A stretch of DNA of 63,685 nucleotides, counting the filler, from Intoshia linei (lineage: Eukaryota; Animalia; Orthonectida), in the NCBI GenBank assembly GCA_001642005.1. It is 4 parts of 4 records of this genome, joined end to end, with 100 filler letters (N's around TTAATTAATTAA, not from the genome) between each part and the next. Parts side by side here need not be neighbours in the genome. Positions count along the whole stretch, not along the records: positions 32,021 to 41,368 come from LWCA01001372.1; positions 41,469 to 57,151 come from LWCA01000901.1; 2 more parts are not named here. One strand, 5' to 3'. The position numbers were made by a program, and so were the translations under genes. The number at the start of each line of letters is the position of its first letter. Within the stretch, counting starts at the first letter, position 1. The notes beneath the pieces were generated by a model. The model was not told the DNA's origin. It saw only the letters and a program-made list of their open reading frames with translations, and did no database searches. Below, one piece after another: positions 38,201-51,300 of the stretch.

Positions 38201-39772
38201 AGCATATATGAAATGATAACAAAAAATAAAAGGTTCGGTTAAAGTTTTATCGTTGACCAGAGAGATTACAAAGTAATATGACCAATAATTTGGAAATCTA
38301 ATAAAAATGTGCGGTTTTGATTGAATATTACAAGTCTGACCCTTGATATACAATGACAATGCAACTGAAATGCCACTACACAAAAATGAATCCTTTATCC
38401 TTTGTAAACCTATACAATTCCGAACAGCCATCAAGTCTTTTTTAATCAAATCTGAAACATCAGCATTCAAATTATTTTCAAAATTTATAGTTTCAGGAGT
38501 TTTTTTAAAACCCAACATGACCATAAATCTACCTGTAAACGTGTTTATACGTAAAACCAAAATTTCATGATCAAGTTTGGAATCAATTAAATATATTTTC
38601 AATAAAGCAGGATTACCCACAATCAAAGTTTTCAAACAAGTCTGTTTTCTAATATGAGCTTCCAATTCCACCAACAACATGACACTGCGAGTGTGTATTG
38701 TAACACTAAACAATTTATCAAAAGAAAACCTTTGATTGCACATTTTTGAACAAGAAACTAAGGAATTTTCAATATCAATATTGGGGAAATGTGTCAATTT
38801 TAACGGACACTTTTTTGATAAAGGATCAAATTCTAAACAAATTTTAAAAGTTTGATTGGCTCGTCGATTTTTCCAGTAAGTAATGGACAACATTTTACCG
38901 ACTATATACTGTTCAATCTTTATATAATCGTATAATTTCAATTTTACTCCCTTTTCAATTTTTGTATACAAAATATCCAAGTTTAAACCAACACTAAAAA
39001 AATGCATAATTTTGTCAATTTTGTTTAAAGGTTCGCAATCAAGATTCAAATGATGCTGCAAAAACTTTTTTAAATATGACATTTGAAACTCGTGTATCAA
39101 TTTACAATTATCCACGTCGTCTTTAAGCAAAACTTCCAAATTAACCAGTACCCATTTTGTGTGAAATTCACCCAATAGTGTCAGGTAAAGTATGTATTGA
39201 TTTTCAACACGTATTTTTAATATTCCGTTTCGAATATTGTAATTTTTAAATCTGTGTGGCATTCCATACATTACCAATTTAAATTTTATTATATTGTTCA
39301 ATTTTTTAATCAAATTTTGATCCCTTTTTATATCTGGTTCTTTTAAACCCATTATACTTGAAGGGAGTTTATAATTACCCGTTAATAATACTTGTAGTGC
39401 GACATTTATTGGGTATGATGGTTGTTGTGATGATGGCATTATCAAATTTCCAAAATGTATCATTGTTTGATAGGTACTATGAATGTTCATCATTTGAGTA
39501 TTTATAAAGTGATTTGTTTTAAAACATTTCATCACTTTTTCATTGTTTGATATCCATCTGATTACTGCCGTCAGTCTACATAATAAAATTCTAGATTCTT
39601 TAGTAAATTTTAATAGCTCCATTTTTCGTTCGTGGTTTGTTTTTTTTACCAATAAATCTGATAATAATGATAAATTGTTGAAAATTTTGTGACATGTGTT
39701 TGTTATCAACATGTTTAAAGAAATTATATCTGTGGTTTTGTACAACTTTTCGTTTTTCTCGCATTTTTCCAT
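35265..39772 (-). CDS. MED14: Mediator subunit 14 (~3-kb first exon plus 5 short exons)
   Basis: KKTNHERKMELLKF...RLTAVIRW and PSYPINVALQVLLTGNY at the N-terminus; 3' exons YFRTR|IAIYPF...LMRMEM and KLVFTNPP...LLFL match the MED14 C-terminus. Confidence 0.9.
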
Positions 39773-40389
39773 TTTTAGTACAGTTTAATTCAACTTTATT
39801 ATATGTATACGGTTGTATATTTTACTATAGTAAAGTGCCCATTTTTAAATTAAAAAATAGATTTATTACGTACAGTGGTCGACGTTTTTAAAATTTAAAA
39901 CTCAACGTTTTGAAAAATTGTATGCTTCAAATTAGTGCTTCTCATAGTACATCCTAGTAAACATCGTAGACCCTAAAATTCAAAAATTCTTTTTCATAGG
40001 CCTCTAAAATAGTTATATAAATATTGTTTTAATCATGTTATATACTAAAATTATTAAATTTAATGCAAATATTAATTATATTTTTAAATAGGCAAAATAA
40101 AAAAAAATTGGATTTCTGCCTTAAGGGTTGGTAAATTAGGATTTTCTCTTTTGGAGTTAGATTTAGTCGTCTTTTCTTCTTAATAATATTAAATAGATAC
40201 CTGAAATAATAAATTAGTTTAGCGGCGACCCGTGTTATATAGCGTCAACTACTTTCAAAAACCCAATTTTCCCTTTTCTTTAAAAAATCGACCCAAAAAG
40301 TTGATAAAACTTACATTGGGGATAGTGTTTAAAATCGTAAACGGAAACCTCAAAAAAAATAATTTTCACGATCGAAACCACAAATTCCC

Positions 40390-40870
40390 TTCTTTTTTTT
40401 TTGAAAACAGCCCTAGAATTTAAAAAAAATTACAGATGGTACAGTTGTATTCTGTTAACACACCCAAAAAATTTCAATCCGAATAAGTGACGACTTCATG
40501 GTCAAAAAAGCATTTTAGCATTCATATATTTTTTTCCAAAATATTTTATTAAAATTAAAAATGTGAAATAATTAACTGTCCGAAAATTAAAAAAAAAAAT
40601 TATTCTGATATAGCTTATTCCAATTGATATAAATACAAAATTTCAACCCGAGAAATCTACACATTCCCGATGAAAAATAATTTTTAATATATTATCAACC
40701 AATATATTTCAAATATTTCAATTAAAATTAAAAATTGAAAATGTAAATATTGATCCTACAATTTTAAAAAAATGTGCATTGAACGTCTACACATTTCCAA
40801 TAAATAAATATGAGTGAAAATCTATATAATTCATTTTTTCATTCTCAAATTCTCATTTTCAAAACATTTT
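40390..40870 (+). mobile_element. Helitron family internal fragment
   Basis: Highly similar to 62570-63080. Confidence 0.8.
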
Positions 40871-41368
40871 GTTTAAAATTAAAATTAAAACTACAACAAC
40901 GAATTACTAAAAGTAATAAAACTTTGTTATTATCTTTTTTTTAATTTATTACAATGCTTTGCAATATTGGTAAAATTCATTCAGTGAAATGTTTCTAAAG
41001 TGCTGATTCCGTTCATTATAATGATTATTATAATGATACATAATTTGTATTTTTAAGTATTTATTAAATTGGTACTGAATATATATCACATTGAAAATGA
41101 TAAAATAGGTTTTTACAATTTTATATTTTCTGAAATTTGTGCTATTTATGACAATTTTTAGGATTGGATTTATTTATTTTTGATATTATACACACTAGGG
41201 GTGTCATTTTTTCACTTTTTTCCGAAAATACAAAAGTGCCACCCCATACGTGGAAGATGGAATTGAATGATAAACAATTATCAAAAAATTATATAAAAAG
41301 GATCAAAAAAAACCCTGGGTCAAAGCACTTCAAAATATGAATAATGAGCAAAATTTAATTTATTTTGT

Positions 41369-41468
41369 NNNNNNNNNNNNNNNNNNNNNNNNNNNNNNNN
41401 NNNNNNNNNNNNTTAATTAATTAANNNNNNNNNNNNNNNNNNNNNNNNNNNNNNNNNNNNNNNNNNNN
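41369..41468. other. Artificial contig spacer
   Basis: N44-TTAATTAATTAA-N44. Confidence 0.97.
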
Positions 41469-42457
41469 AGATGATTTGATATATTGTAGCAATCTTTAAG
41501 GTCTCATGGATATATTAAATATCGATTATATATATGATGATTGGTACAATTAGTCTAGATGGGTGTACGTCAAGTCTCAAGGTTATCATTCTAAATTCCA
41601 AAGGATGTTACTTTCCAATTATATTAGCATACTCACGAAAATTGAAGGAGTATGTGATAACATAAAAAAAAATTTTACGAATTCAATATCATTCTTACAA
41701 CTAGATGATAATGGCAAATCTAAAAATAATTACGATTTTAACAGAAATGCAATTGGGTAACACTAAGTACCCTTGTTATTGGTGTTATTTCAAAGCGACC
41801 GATCGAGTTAATCATTATCAAAAATATCAATGGACAACACGTAATGTACATATAGTCAACAAATATAAGGTTATGAAAGTTGCTCTGATTAAATTTGATA
41901 GGATATTGTTACCTCCATTACACTTAAAAATCGGATTATGCTCACAGTTTTTTAAATGTTTAAGAAAGAGATCTCTCGACCTGTCTCAACCACGTATTGC
42001 TTTAACAAGTGCTCTGCCACATTTATCGAAAATAAAATTGTTGGCAGGAGTATTAAATGGATCAGAAATCAAACAATTTTTTATGTCTAAAACATTTTAA
42101 AACAGTCTATGTCTAGATGAATTAAATGCATGGATGTTATTGAAGTATCTCGTTAACTTTGTACTAGGTTATTAATTTCATATAAAAATCTAAAATTTTA
42201 AGAAATACATAGAATATTTGTTAAATTCTTATTCTAAAATCGGCTTTTTGATGAGTTTTAAAGTGCACCTGTTGCAATGCCATTATGATCAATTACCTGT
42301 TTCTCATCTTATATTAGATGAGCATGGTGAACGCTTTTATCAAACTTTGAAAACATTTGAAACACGATTCAAATGCAAATCAATGAATTTGATGATCATT
42401 GACTATATTTGGTTTGTTCTAATTCTACATTGTTGTCAAAAATCCATTAAATTTTAA
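41469..42457 (+). mobile_element. Degenerate DNA transposase, Chapaev3/CMC-like
   Basis: GNTKYPCYWC, LLPPLHLKIGL, MSFKVHLL..H, DEHGERF and DYIW motifs split by stops and frameshifts. Confidence 0.75.
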
Positions 42458-43235
42458 TTTTACATTATTTTTAATGTCGTATAAAATAATTCTCGATCTA
42501 ACGTTAGCATTGCTAAAGGTAGAATAAAAAGTAGACTTTTGGATGTATATATCACTCATAAAATGAAAAATTTGTTTCAAAAATACTAATTTTTCTAAAG
42601 AAATAAGAGGAACGCCACATCCTAAATTCTAAAATACTTTAAATTTTGTAAATTTTTTTTCACACTATGGTAGATACATACGTATATTGCCACAAGCCAA
42701 ATTTTTGGTCGAATCGATAACTTTGTTATAGGTCAAATAGGGGGTTTTAGATCACAATAAATATAACTTTCTTGTAATTATGCTATTTTATTACTATTAT
42801 ATCTCGAAACGTCAATTTGACTTGATAGAGTGACCCACATCATTCGAATCACAAGAATACCAGCTACAAAACTATATAAGTTAAAAAAATCTGTTTTGAA
42901 ATTTTTCGAAAAATGTACTGTGTAATCATTGAACACTGATAAAAAGATCAAACTCTTTTTTGATATATTTTTCTGGTTTATTCATTAACATAATGTAAAT
43001 AACGAAAAATATTTTTAAATTCTAATTAAATAATTTGTAGAAGATAGTACGGGAAAATCATAAAATATAATAATAGAGAAAGATACAATTTAAGTTTTTA
43101 GAAAAGTCTTTTACTATTTTTATAGCATAGAAAAATTTCTTTCTTTTCTTTAAGCATCTTTATTTTCGAAACTAATTCACGAAGAAAATTAAAATTAATT
43201 AAAAAAATGAAGATAAAAGTATTAATATTTTTATT

Positions 43236-43570
43236 TTTTTATACAATGTGCACTGTAATGACAGCGACTATTACATACGAATATTTCATTTTCTGCATTG
43301 ATTGGCATTACACTATAATCACATTTAAATTTACCTTCCAACAAACAAATAACTTCTCACATACGGTACATTGTAAATTTTTTCTGTCAGGGATTTCAGG
43401 GTATACTAATCCTTTTTTGCATTTTTCAAATTGATTTCTTTTCAATCTGACCAATAAATTTTCTAAGTGAGTATTGTCCATTATCAACACAGGTAACGCC
43501 TCTAATTAAATTTTTTGAATCGATACGGCCATGATCAACATTTGGTATCGAAATCTTTACATAAAAATCG
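43236..43570 (-). mobile_element. KRBA2/SCAND3-type integrase C-terminal remnant (Ginger/Tdd-like)
   Basis: IPNVDHGRIDSKN, RNQFEKC and terminal CNSRCH...C motifs across frameshifts. Confidence 0.6.
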
Positions 43571-44399
43571 AAACTCTTTTTTATATTAAGATGCAATCGT
43601 TTTTACCGTTCTCAAATATTATGATGGCTTGACTTTCTTGCAGTATCATTGACACTTTTTCTGATCAGTCTTTCTAAATTGAATTGACCCAAATCACAAA
43701 TAACTTTTCAGAACCTTCTGTTAACTGATAATGTACATTGTGCAATGTAATAGGTATCATATTTTATACAAATTTTTAGCTTCTGATAAACTTGTCAGTC
43801 ACAAATGTATATTTTTTATAAAAATATCTATCTGATAATTAATTGTGAGAATTATCAAGCAACGAAGTTGCGGCAATAATTTAAGTAATTAATAAATTGA
43901 GCCATTCAAATCGGATGCTCTGAGATGCTCATAAGTCATTAAGCAAATATACATAACAATTGTTTATAATTCATATAATTTTAGATAACTTACAAGTCGG
44001 ATGCTTTTAAGATGCTCTTAAGATGGTCTAAAGACGTTAAGCAACAATACATACAATTGTGTATATGAGAGTGAACACAAATTTCATAGTAAATTTTTTT
44101 TTACATTTTCTGATAGGCCCTTTGACAATTTTGTTATTTTTATGAATAAATACACAAATGCCAAATTTTACATAAAAAAACATCATAGAAGTGCTCAATG
44201 ACGTGTAAAAGTAAAAAATTAGACATTTTGGTCAAAAAAGTGGAATGAATGGTCATATATTTGTTCAATAATATTCTCTGATGGGCCATTTTCTAATTTT
44301 ATTTTTTTGATTCATACGTATGTCTATGCAAAATTTTAGGAATCAAGATTAATTGTAATGTAATGCTCAAATTGAGTTTTATTAATTTAAATTGTAAAA

Positions 44400-45191
44400 T
44401 TTTTTTTAAAAATAAAATCAACCAAAAAATTTAAAAAAACATACATCAAAATCATAGTACTGGGACATTTTTTAAAATCATTAACATCGTCGAAATCTCA
44501 GCCTCAAAAATGTATAAAGTACATCTTCATGGTCAAAACCAAAAAATTTGAAATAATTAACGGTGCTACAATTAAAAAAAAATTATTCTGATACAGCTTA
44601 TTCAACTTGATATAAATACAAAATTTCAACCCTAGAAATCTACGTATTCCGGTAAAAATTAACTTCTAATATATTATCAATCGATAATTATGAATTTTCA
44701 AATTTTTGAAGTTAATTAGAAGTGAAAATGTAAATGTTCATCCTACAATTTCTACAAAAATGGCAATGGACGGTATACAAATTTTAGATACAGAAATATT
44801 GGTTTCAATCTCATAAATTGATTCCTTCTTTTTTTTATCATTACTATGATTTTTTTCTTTTCAAATTGAGATTTATTGCAATGTTGGAACTATCACCCGA
44901 AATATCTTTTTAATTGTGCTGAATCCTTTATTTATTCATACAAATTATTTTTTTACATATCAAAAGTTTGGGAACCATCTCTTTGCCCGAACTGCATTAT
45001 AGAAGAAAAAAATATTAAAATTTTATATTTTCTAGGATTCATGTTTTTGATGACGATTTTTTGGGGTTGTAAGTATAATTTCATTGTTTTTAATATTTTA
45101 CACTCATTGTTTAATAAATTAAAAAGTCTGCCATCGGTAGAGCTACTGTAACAGTAGTACAGTTTGTACGAAATACATAAATTCAAGCTAG
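44400..45191 (+). mobile_element. Helitron family mosaic with 3' end
   Basis: Body similar to the other copies; ends GTTTGTACGAAATACATAA..TCAAGCTAG|T. Confidence 0.65.
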
Positions 45192-46031
45192 TAATCCTAT
45201 ATAATAATTACATGAGGTGACATTAACACTTTAATTTTTTATATGATCAACAATAACGAATCTAACATACTAAATCATACAATTTATAAATATGTGACTA
45301 ATAAATAATATAATAAGTATATACAATTGTATGTAGACGTTTTGATAAATGTAACGTTAATTTATGATAAAGTATTAAACATTAAATATATTAATTGTAA
45401 ATACATTAGTCATATATTCGAGCATGATTTCAAGTTAAGACTTAACAATTAGGATTAGAATAACTGCCACTGAAAAAAAAGATTAATTTATATTGATACT
45501 AACAAATGTACATGCTCATTGTTTAAACTGCATTAGAATCACATTTATAACTGAATTTAAAATACACAATTAAGTATTAAAATACAAATAAAATGTCGCA
45601 TTACATGTAAGATGTATAACTTGAATTGAATTTTAATGAAACTTTTGGTTTTCGATTAATAAACGCCGATATTTGCATAAGATTAATGCGGATATATAGG
45701 ATTAGTATATGATTTATATTATTTGTTTCAATGTGTTGACTCTGAAACTTAATTAATATTAATATTGGATGGATTAATAATTTTATAAAATGTTGATTAA
45801 TGTATAATTCACGCAAATGTATGAATCATCATAATGCACTAAGTATAATAGTTTCAAATAAACTAATTAAGAGCTTGGCCTATCACAAAGTCAATTGAAT
45901 ACTGAGTTGTTTGTCACTATTGTTTAAGACAGAACTATAAGGATTAATTAATATATTGTGTTAGTTTCGAATGTAATCAGTTGTAAAATGTTTCATTTCA
46001 AAATTAATTGGTATTTTATAAGCCCTTTTTA

Positions 46032-46641
46032 ATGCAAAATACAATAGAAAGTATAATTAAAGAAAATGAAGAATCAACAGAAAAATTAAGTTTTAGTGTT
46101 GAATCGATTCTTGGAATGAAAAAAATGCAGGGTTAATTTAATATAATAATAACAATATTAATTTTAGATAAAGAGGTTCAAAATAGACGAAAGAAAAGTA
46201 GAATATTATTTACAAAAAAGCAAGTTTTTTTGCTAGAGGTATTAATATGCATTTTGTAAAACGCATCTAATTTTCTTTAGAATAAATTTAACCAACAAAA
46301 ATATTTATCATCTTTTGAAAGAAAAAAATTGGCTCGTTGTGCAAATTTAACAACTAACCAAGTTAAAATATGGTTTCAGGTATAATAGTAAATTTTATTC
46401 AAGTTATGACTTGTTATTTTAGAATCATCGATATAAAATTAAAAAAATGAATGCTAGCGAAATAAAAAAAGAAAATTTATATAATGCAAACATTTTTTAT
46501 AAAAATTCAATGAATGTATCAAAGGAATTACAAATAATTCAACCTGCTCAAAATTCAATTAATCCTCAATTTATAAACTATTTCAACCTGTTGTATCTAC
46601 TACAAGCCCAGAATGAACTAATGAACCAAAACACAAAATAG
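46032..46641 (+). CDS. NK2-class homeobox transcription factor, 4 exons
   Basis: eh1/TN motif FSVESIL; homeodomain RKKSRILFTKKQVFLLE|NKFNQQKYLSSFERKKLARCANLTTNQVKIWFQ|NHRYK with the NK2-diagnostic Tyr54; introns about 36-43 nt. Confidence 0.92.
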
Positions 46642-47312
46642 TTTAAATATTATATCCTTGATTATATCAATCATTTCGAATGTATATCAATTGTATATTA
46701 AAATTTATTTCAATTTGGTTTTGACATAATTTGAGAAATTGACACTATTGTTTTTTTCAATCTAATCAAAAATTGTAATCAATATATAAACAAATCGATA
46801 CACATGGTTGAATTTGACTAATAACACTTTTTCCATATAAATTATTCAATTATATTATTTTATTATGCTGTAATTGTCATAAACACTGTTAAATCTAAAA
46901 GAAAATTCACTGATGGAGAAAATTTGAAAATTTAATTTTATAAAATATTCACATTAATCTAAATGGTGATATATTTTGAAAATTATCATATTTAAAAGTC
47001 AGATTATTATTTGTAAATTACAGTAGGTTGTCAGCTAAACGTCATGTGGTGTCATTGAGTCACAAGATCTTTTGATATATTCAGCAATAATGCTTAGCTT
47101 TTAAAAACTGATTCAAGTTCATTCATCCTTTCAAGTTCGAAATGGCTGATATGTACAACTAGAGTTCATCAAGCGATTATTATGTTTATCTTTGCCTGTC
47201 ATATAACATCAGGGAGTCATAATTTGTTTAGAGTAGACTCCACGGATAATAAAAAAATTTAGATGGAAATTAGGCAACATTGAATTATTTATAAATTTGT
47301 CTTTACTTTAAC

Positions 47313-48111
47313 CAATGTTTCCTAATCATGTGTCTAGGTCCCACTGCTGGGACCTAACTAAATTTTTGGTGGGCCAGAGAAATTTCTCGAATTTATAAGA
47401 ATAAATCAAACTTTACATTCAATGTTAATTTTGTACAATACTAGCTTGAGTGTTGTGTACTTCGTACAAACAACAGCTAGCTCTGCCAAAGATCGACTTT
47501 TTCATTTTAAGATCGAATTTTTAATTGGTTTTAAGTTCTTGAGGTTGTAATGTATGGTAATGCTCATGATTTTAAAAAACTATTCAGAATTTATATTATA
47601 TACAACGTAATTTTTTTCATTTTAAAAAAAACATTTAATTTGGTGGTTTAACGATGAAGATTTAAGTTTCTGAATTGAGATTTACGGCAATAGTATTAAG
47701 TTTAAAACGCGTCTGAGAATTTTGTTCTTTAAACTTCTATGACTGATGTTATTATTTATTAAAAAAAAAGGTAATTTTTGTTTTTGATTCTGAAGGAATC
47801 AATTTCTGAAAATAAAAATTTCGAGAAAACAATACTCTCGAAAAACTCTATTAGAAATTTGTTTTTTTTATATTCTAGGGATTTTAATTTTTTAATTAAA
47901 CGGTAACACACACAGACATTCAATTTTACAAGTTCAATAAAGGACTAACATGTGTCATAGCTAATATTAAGAAAATCTCTAAGAATCGTCAGGCTCAATG
48001 ATATCATTAATTCTATCAAATCAATATTATATTACTATATTTTTTGAAATAGCGTCCGGGACTTTTTAAGAGTGAAAATGGGCCTAGAATAAAAAAAATT
48101 GGGTAACACTG
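47313..48111. mobile_element. hAT MITE containing a Helitron
   Basis: TIRs CAATGTTTCCTAAT / ATTGGGTAACACTG; degenerate 8-bp TSD. Confidence 0.65.
47441..47944 (-). mobile_element. Non-autonomous Helitron with both ends
   Basis: 5' TCCTTTATT; 3' GTTTGTACGAAGTACACAAC hairpin then TCAAGCTAG|T. Confidence 0.75.
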
Positions 48112-48368
48112 ATTTAAACTATGAGAATTAAATTAATTCATACTATTATTGTGCTATTTTAAACTGAAAAACGAGTATGAAAAACACTTGATAAAAACCA
48201 GTTCAATTAATTTTCAATAATTTTGACCGATGGTCACAGTTTGGATCAATTCACAAAAATATATTTTAGTTTTAACTTGATTGATTTAAAATTATTTTGA
48301 TCGGGAATCTTATGACTCGTTAAAAGTAATATAGTTAAGTTTAATTTTAAATTATAAATTATAAATTA

Positions 48369-51300
48369 ATGGCATTGAAATATATAGGCAAGTTTAAAAT
48401 TTAATTTTACCATACAGATGTACATTCAAAATATAATATAATTGAAAATAACGTTTATTATATATTGATGGTTCAAACCCTTTTTGTGGCTTGAAACTCA
48501 TTCATCAATAACGAACATTTATCGGAACAAAGCTTTTTGTATAAAGTACAAACTGTCAAGCTAGTATAAAAATATAATTTGTTTAATTTAGACATTGCAG
48601 CAAATTTAACTGGTATTTTTTACAATTGTTTAAATATTTTTTTAATTAGATTTAATGTACAAAGGGATATACCACGGAAAAACCAAACATTCATGTAATT
48701 CTTAGTGTATAAAGGTTATTAGCAAAGTGGCATCGTACTCCCAGTGTTGATCCAAATATGACGTTAAAATAAATGGGTCAGTTTGGTTTACTAAGAATAG
48801 AACCACAAAAATCATTAATGGGAAATTTTTTTTGAAATTACTTATATGTGGAATACACTGCGTTCTAAGTTATTATACAAACATTAATAATTTAAAAAGT
48901 AGCACTTAATTCTATTAATTTTTTTATCATAATTTAATCATTCACCATATACAACTTTATTGTTACAAAAAAAATTATCACGTTTCCAAAAAAGCATTCT
49001 ATTTAACATTTTATATTTTTGGGTAATTTTTAGTGTGCCAAATTATTATGCTAATCAAAATTTAGGATAATTATGGGTAAATCAACATCACTTACTGTTG
49101 ACGAAAAGGATAAAATGTTGATAACGGAATATCGATAAATGAAATAGCTTCAAATTTAGAATGCGATCATCGCACAATCCGTCGATATATAGAAAACCCT
49201 TCCAACAAGAGAAAAAGAAAGGCAAAGGGATCATTCAAAGTAAAATCAAGTAAAGTAAGATCTGTTAAAGATGTACCTATATTAAACTAGAAATGGTTCG
49301 AAACCTCTTAGCACTTCTCTAGAGATATTTAAATCATCAGGATTAACTGATATACCAAAAACTACGAGATGCAGAATATTAAAAACGGTTGGTAAAGTCA
49401 GTCATGCTAAAAGTAAACCAGGTTTAACCAAACGACACCTGGAATTACGACTATTCTGGGGTAAAATCTACATGAAGATAAAGTTTTCAAATGTAATTTT
49501 ACCGATGAAACCAGAATATCTTTAGATGGGCCAGATTCGTAGAGTAAGGGTTGGGTAGTGAATAACAGATCACCACCAAACCGTTTAAGGTGGCATAAAG
49601 GGTGGAAGTATAATGATTTGGGCAGGCATTGTGAAAGACACTATTATTATACCTTTTAAGTTAAATAATTCAGTCAAAATTAATTTTGAAACATACTGCG
49701 CGTTTTTAAAAAATAACGATTTTTCGTGGATAAAAAAAAGAGGAAAAAGCTTTCTTAAAAATTTTATTTTTATGCATGATTATGCCCCAAGTCACGCATC
49801 CCGTCATACAAAAGAATATCTTTTATCAAATGGCTATGGATCAGAAAAAATAATGTGTTGGCCGCCAAATTCTCCCGATCTTAATTGTATTGAAAATCTA
49901 TGGTCCATAATTAAAACAAAGATATACAGTGGGAATAAACAATATAATTAAAAAACGATCTATGGCATGCAATTTTGACAGAAATCGAAACAATCGATGC
50001 AAAAACAATTGAAAACCTCACGAAATCCATAGATAAACCACTTTTTTTTGTAATATCCCGGAAAGGGGGTATAATAATATGTAAACTTTAATTACATTTT
50101 TTTTGCTTGAATTTGGAATAATCTAATATTTGGAATTTTAAATATTTAAAAATATTTATTTATTCGTATAAACATTGAAATTATTGTTTAATATTAATTT
50201 GCATAATAATTTGGCACACCAAAAATCACAAAATTTTCTTAAATCTTCGTGTATTCTTTTTTTTGGAATACATTACGTTTTTCTTGGGACGTTAAAGTAT
50301 TATTAGTTGATTATATAAATATGATAAAAAAATTAATAGAATTAAGTAACTACTTCTTAAATTATTAATGTTTTTAATGTTTGCATAATAACTTGGAACG
50401 CAGTGTATGCTGCATAGGAGTGACCATTTTTTTATGTTTTTGGTGAGCGGTTGAAAATTAAATCAAGTAATGATTTTTATTATTAATTTTATTTTATTAT
50501 GGTATATAATGTATGTTTAGGCGACCTTGATAAAGTCATTGAAAGAGCTATAAAGGGTGGAGTAAAAAAAGTAATTATAGTATACATTAGAGGCATCATG
50601 ATCGGATATTTAAGTTGCTTATTAATATAATAAGGACATACTTATAAAATCTAATTATTATAATAGTTATGTACATTGTACCTGGTATTTGGCTCTAAAT
50701 TACATAAATAGATAACAATATAAGATAATTGTTATTACTACATTATTATAATCTTTTTATCTTATCTCTAAAGGCTTATCCACCTATTGACCACTCTTTG
50801 TCGAGTATAATCGTCTGGTCATTGCCGATCTCTAGTATTTTGTTGTATTATATTATTACAGATAATTGTGACTGGAACATGTTTAAATGATAGTAAGGAA
50901 GCAATTGATATATGCAAAAAATATGGTTTAACTGGTTTACTATACTATCATTTGTTATAGAAAATTTAGTATTTTGAAAATAAATTTAGAAGGGACATTA
51001 TATTCGACAGTAGGTTGTCATCCGACCAGGTGTAATGAATTCAAAAACGAAAATGGAATTAATTCGAATGATTATTATTCGGATTTATTAAATCTTTTAT
51101 CAAATGAAAAGGTAGTTGCTTTGGGGGAAATTGGATTAGGTTAAATTTTAAAAAAATATAATTTATGTATAGATTACGATAGAACTAAATTTTGCTCTTG
51201 TGAAACACAAAAAAAGTAATTTTTTAATTCATGCATTACATATTTTGTTATTATATTACAGATTAATTCCTATTTAACGGAAAAAAAATTCCTGATTAAC

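Noticed and set aside
36740-39772. Alternative genetic code or stop readthrough
   Set aside because: Long conserved ORFs translate cleanly with the standard code; in-frame stops occur only in decayed TEs and the pseudogene.
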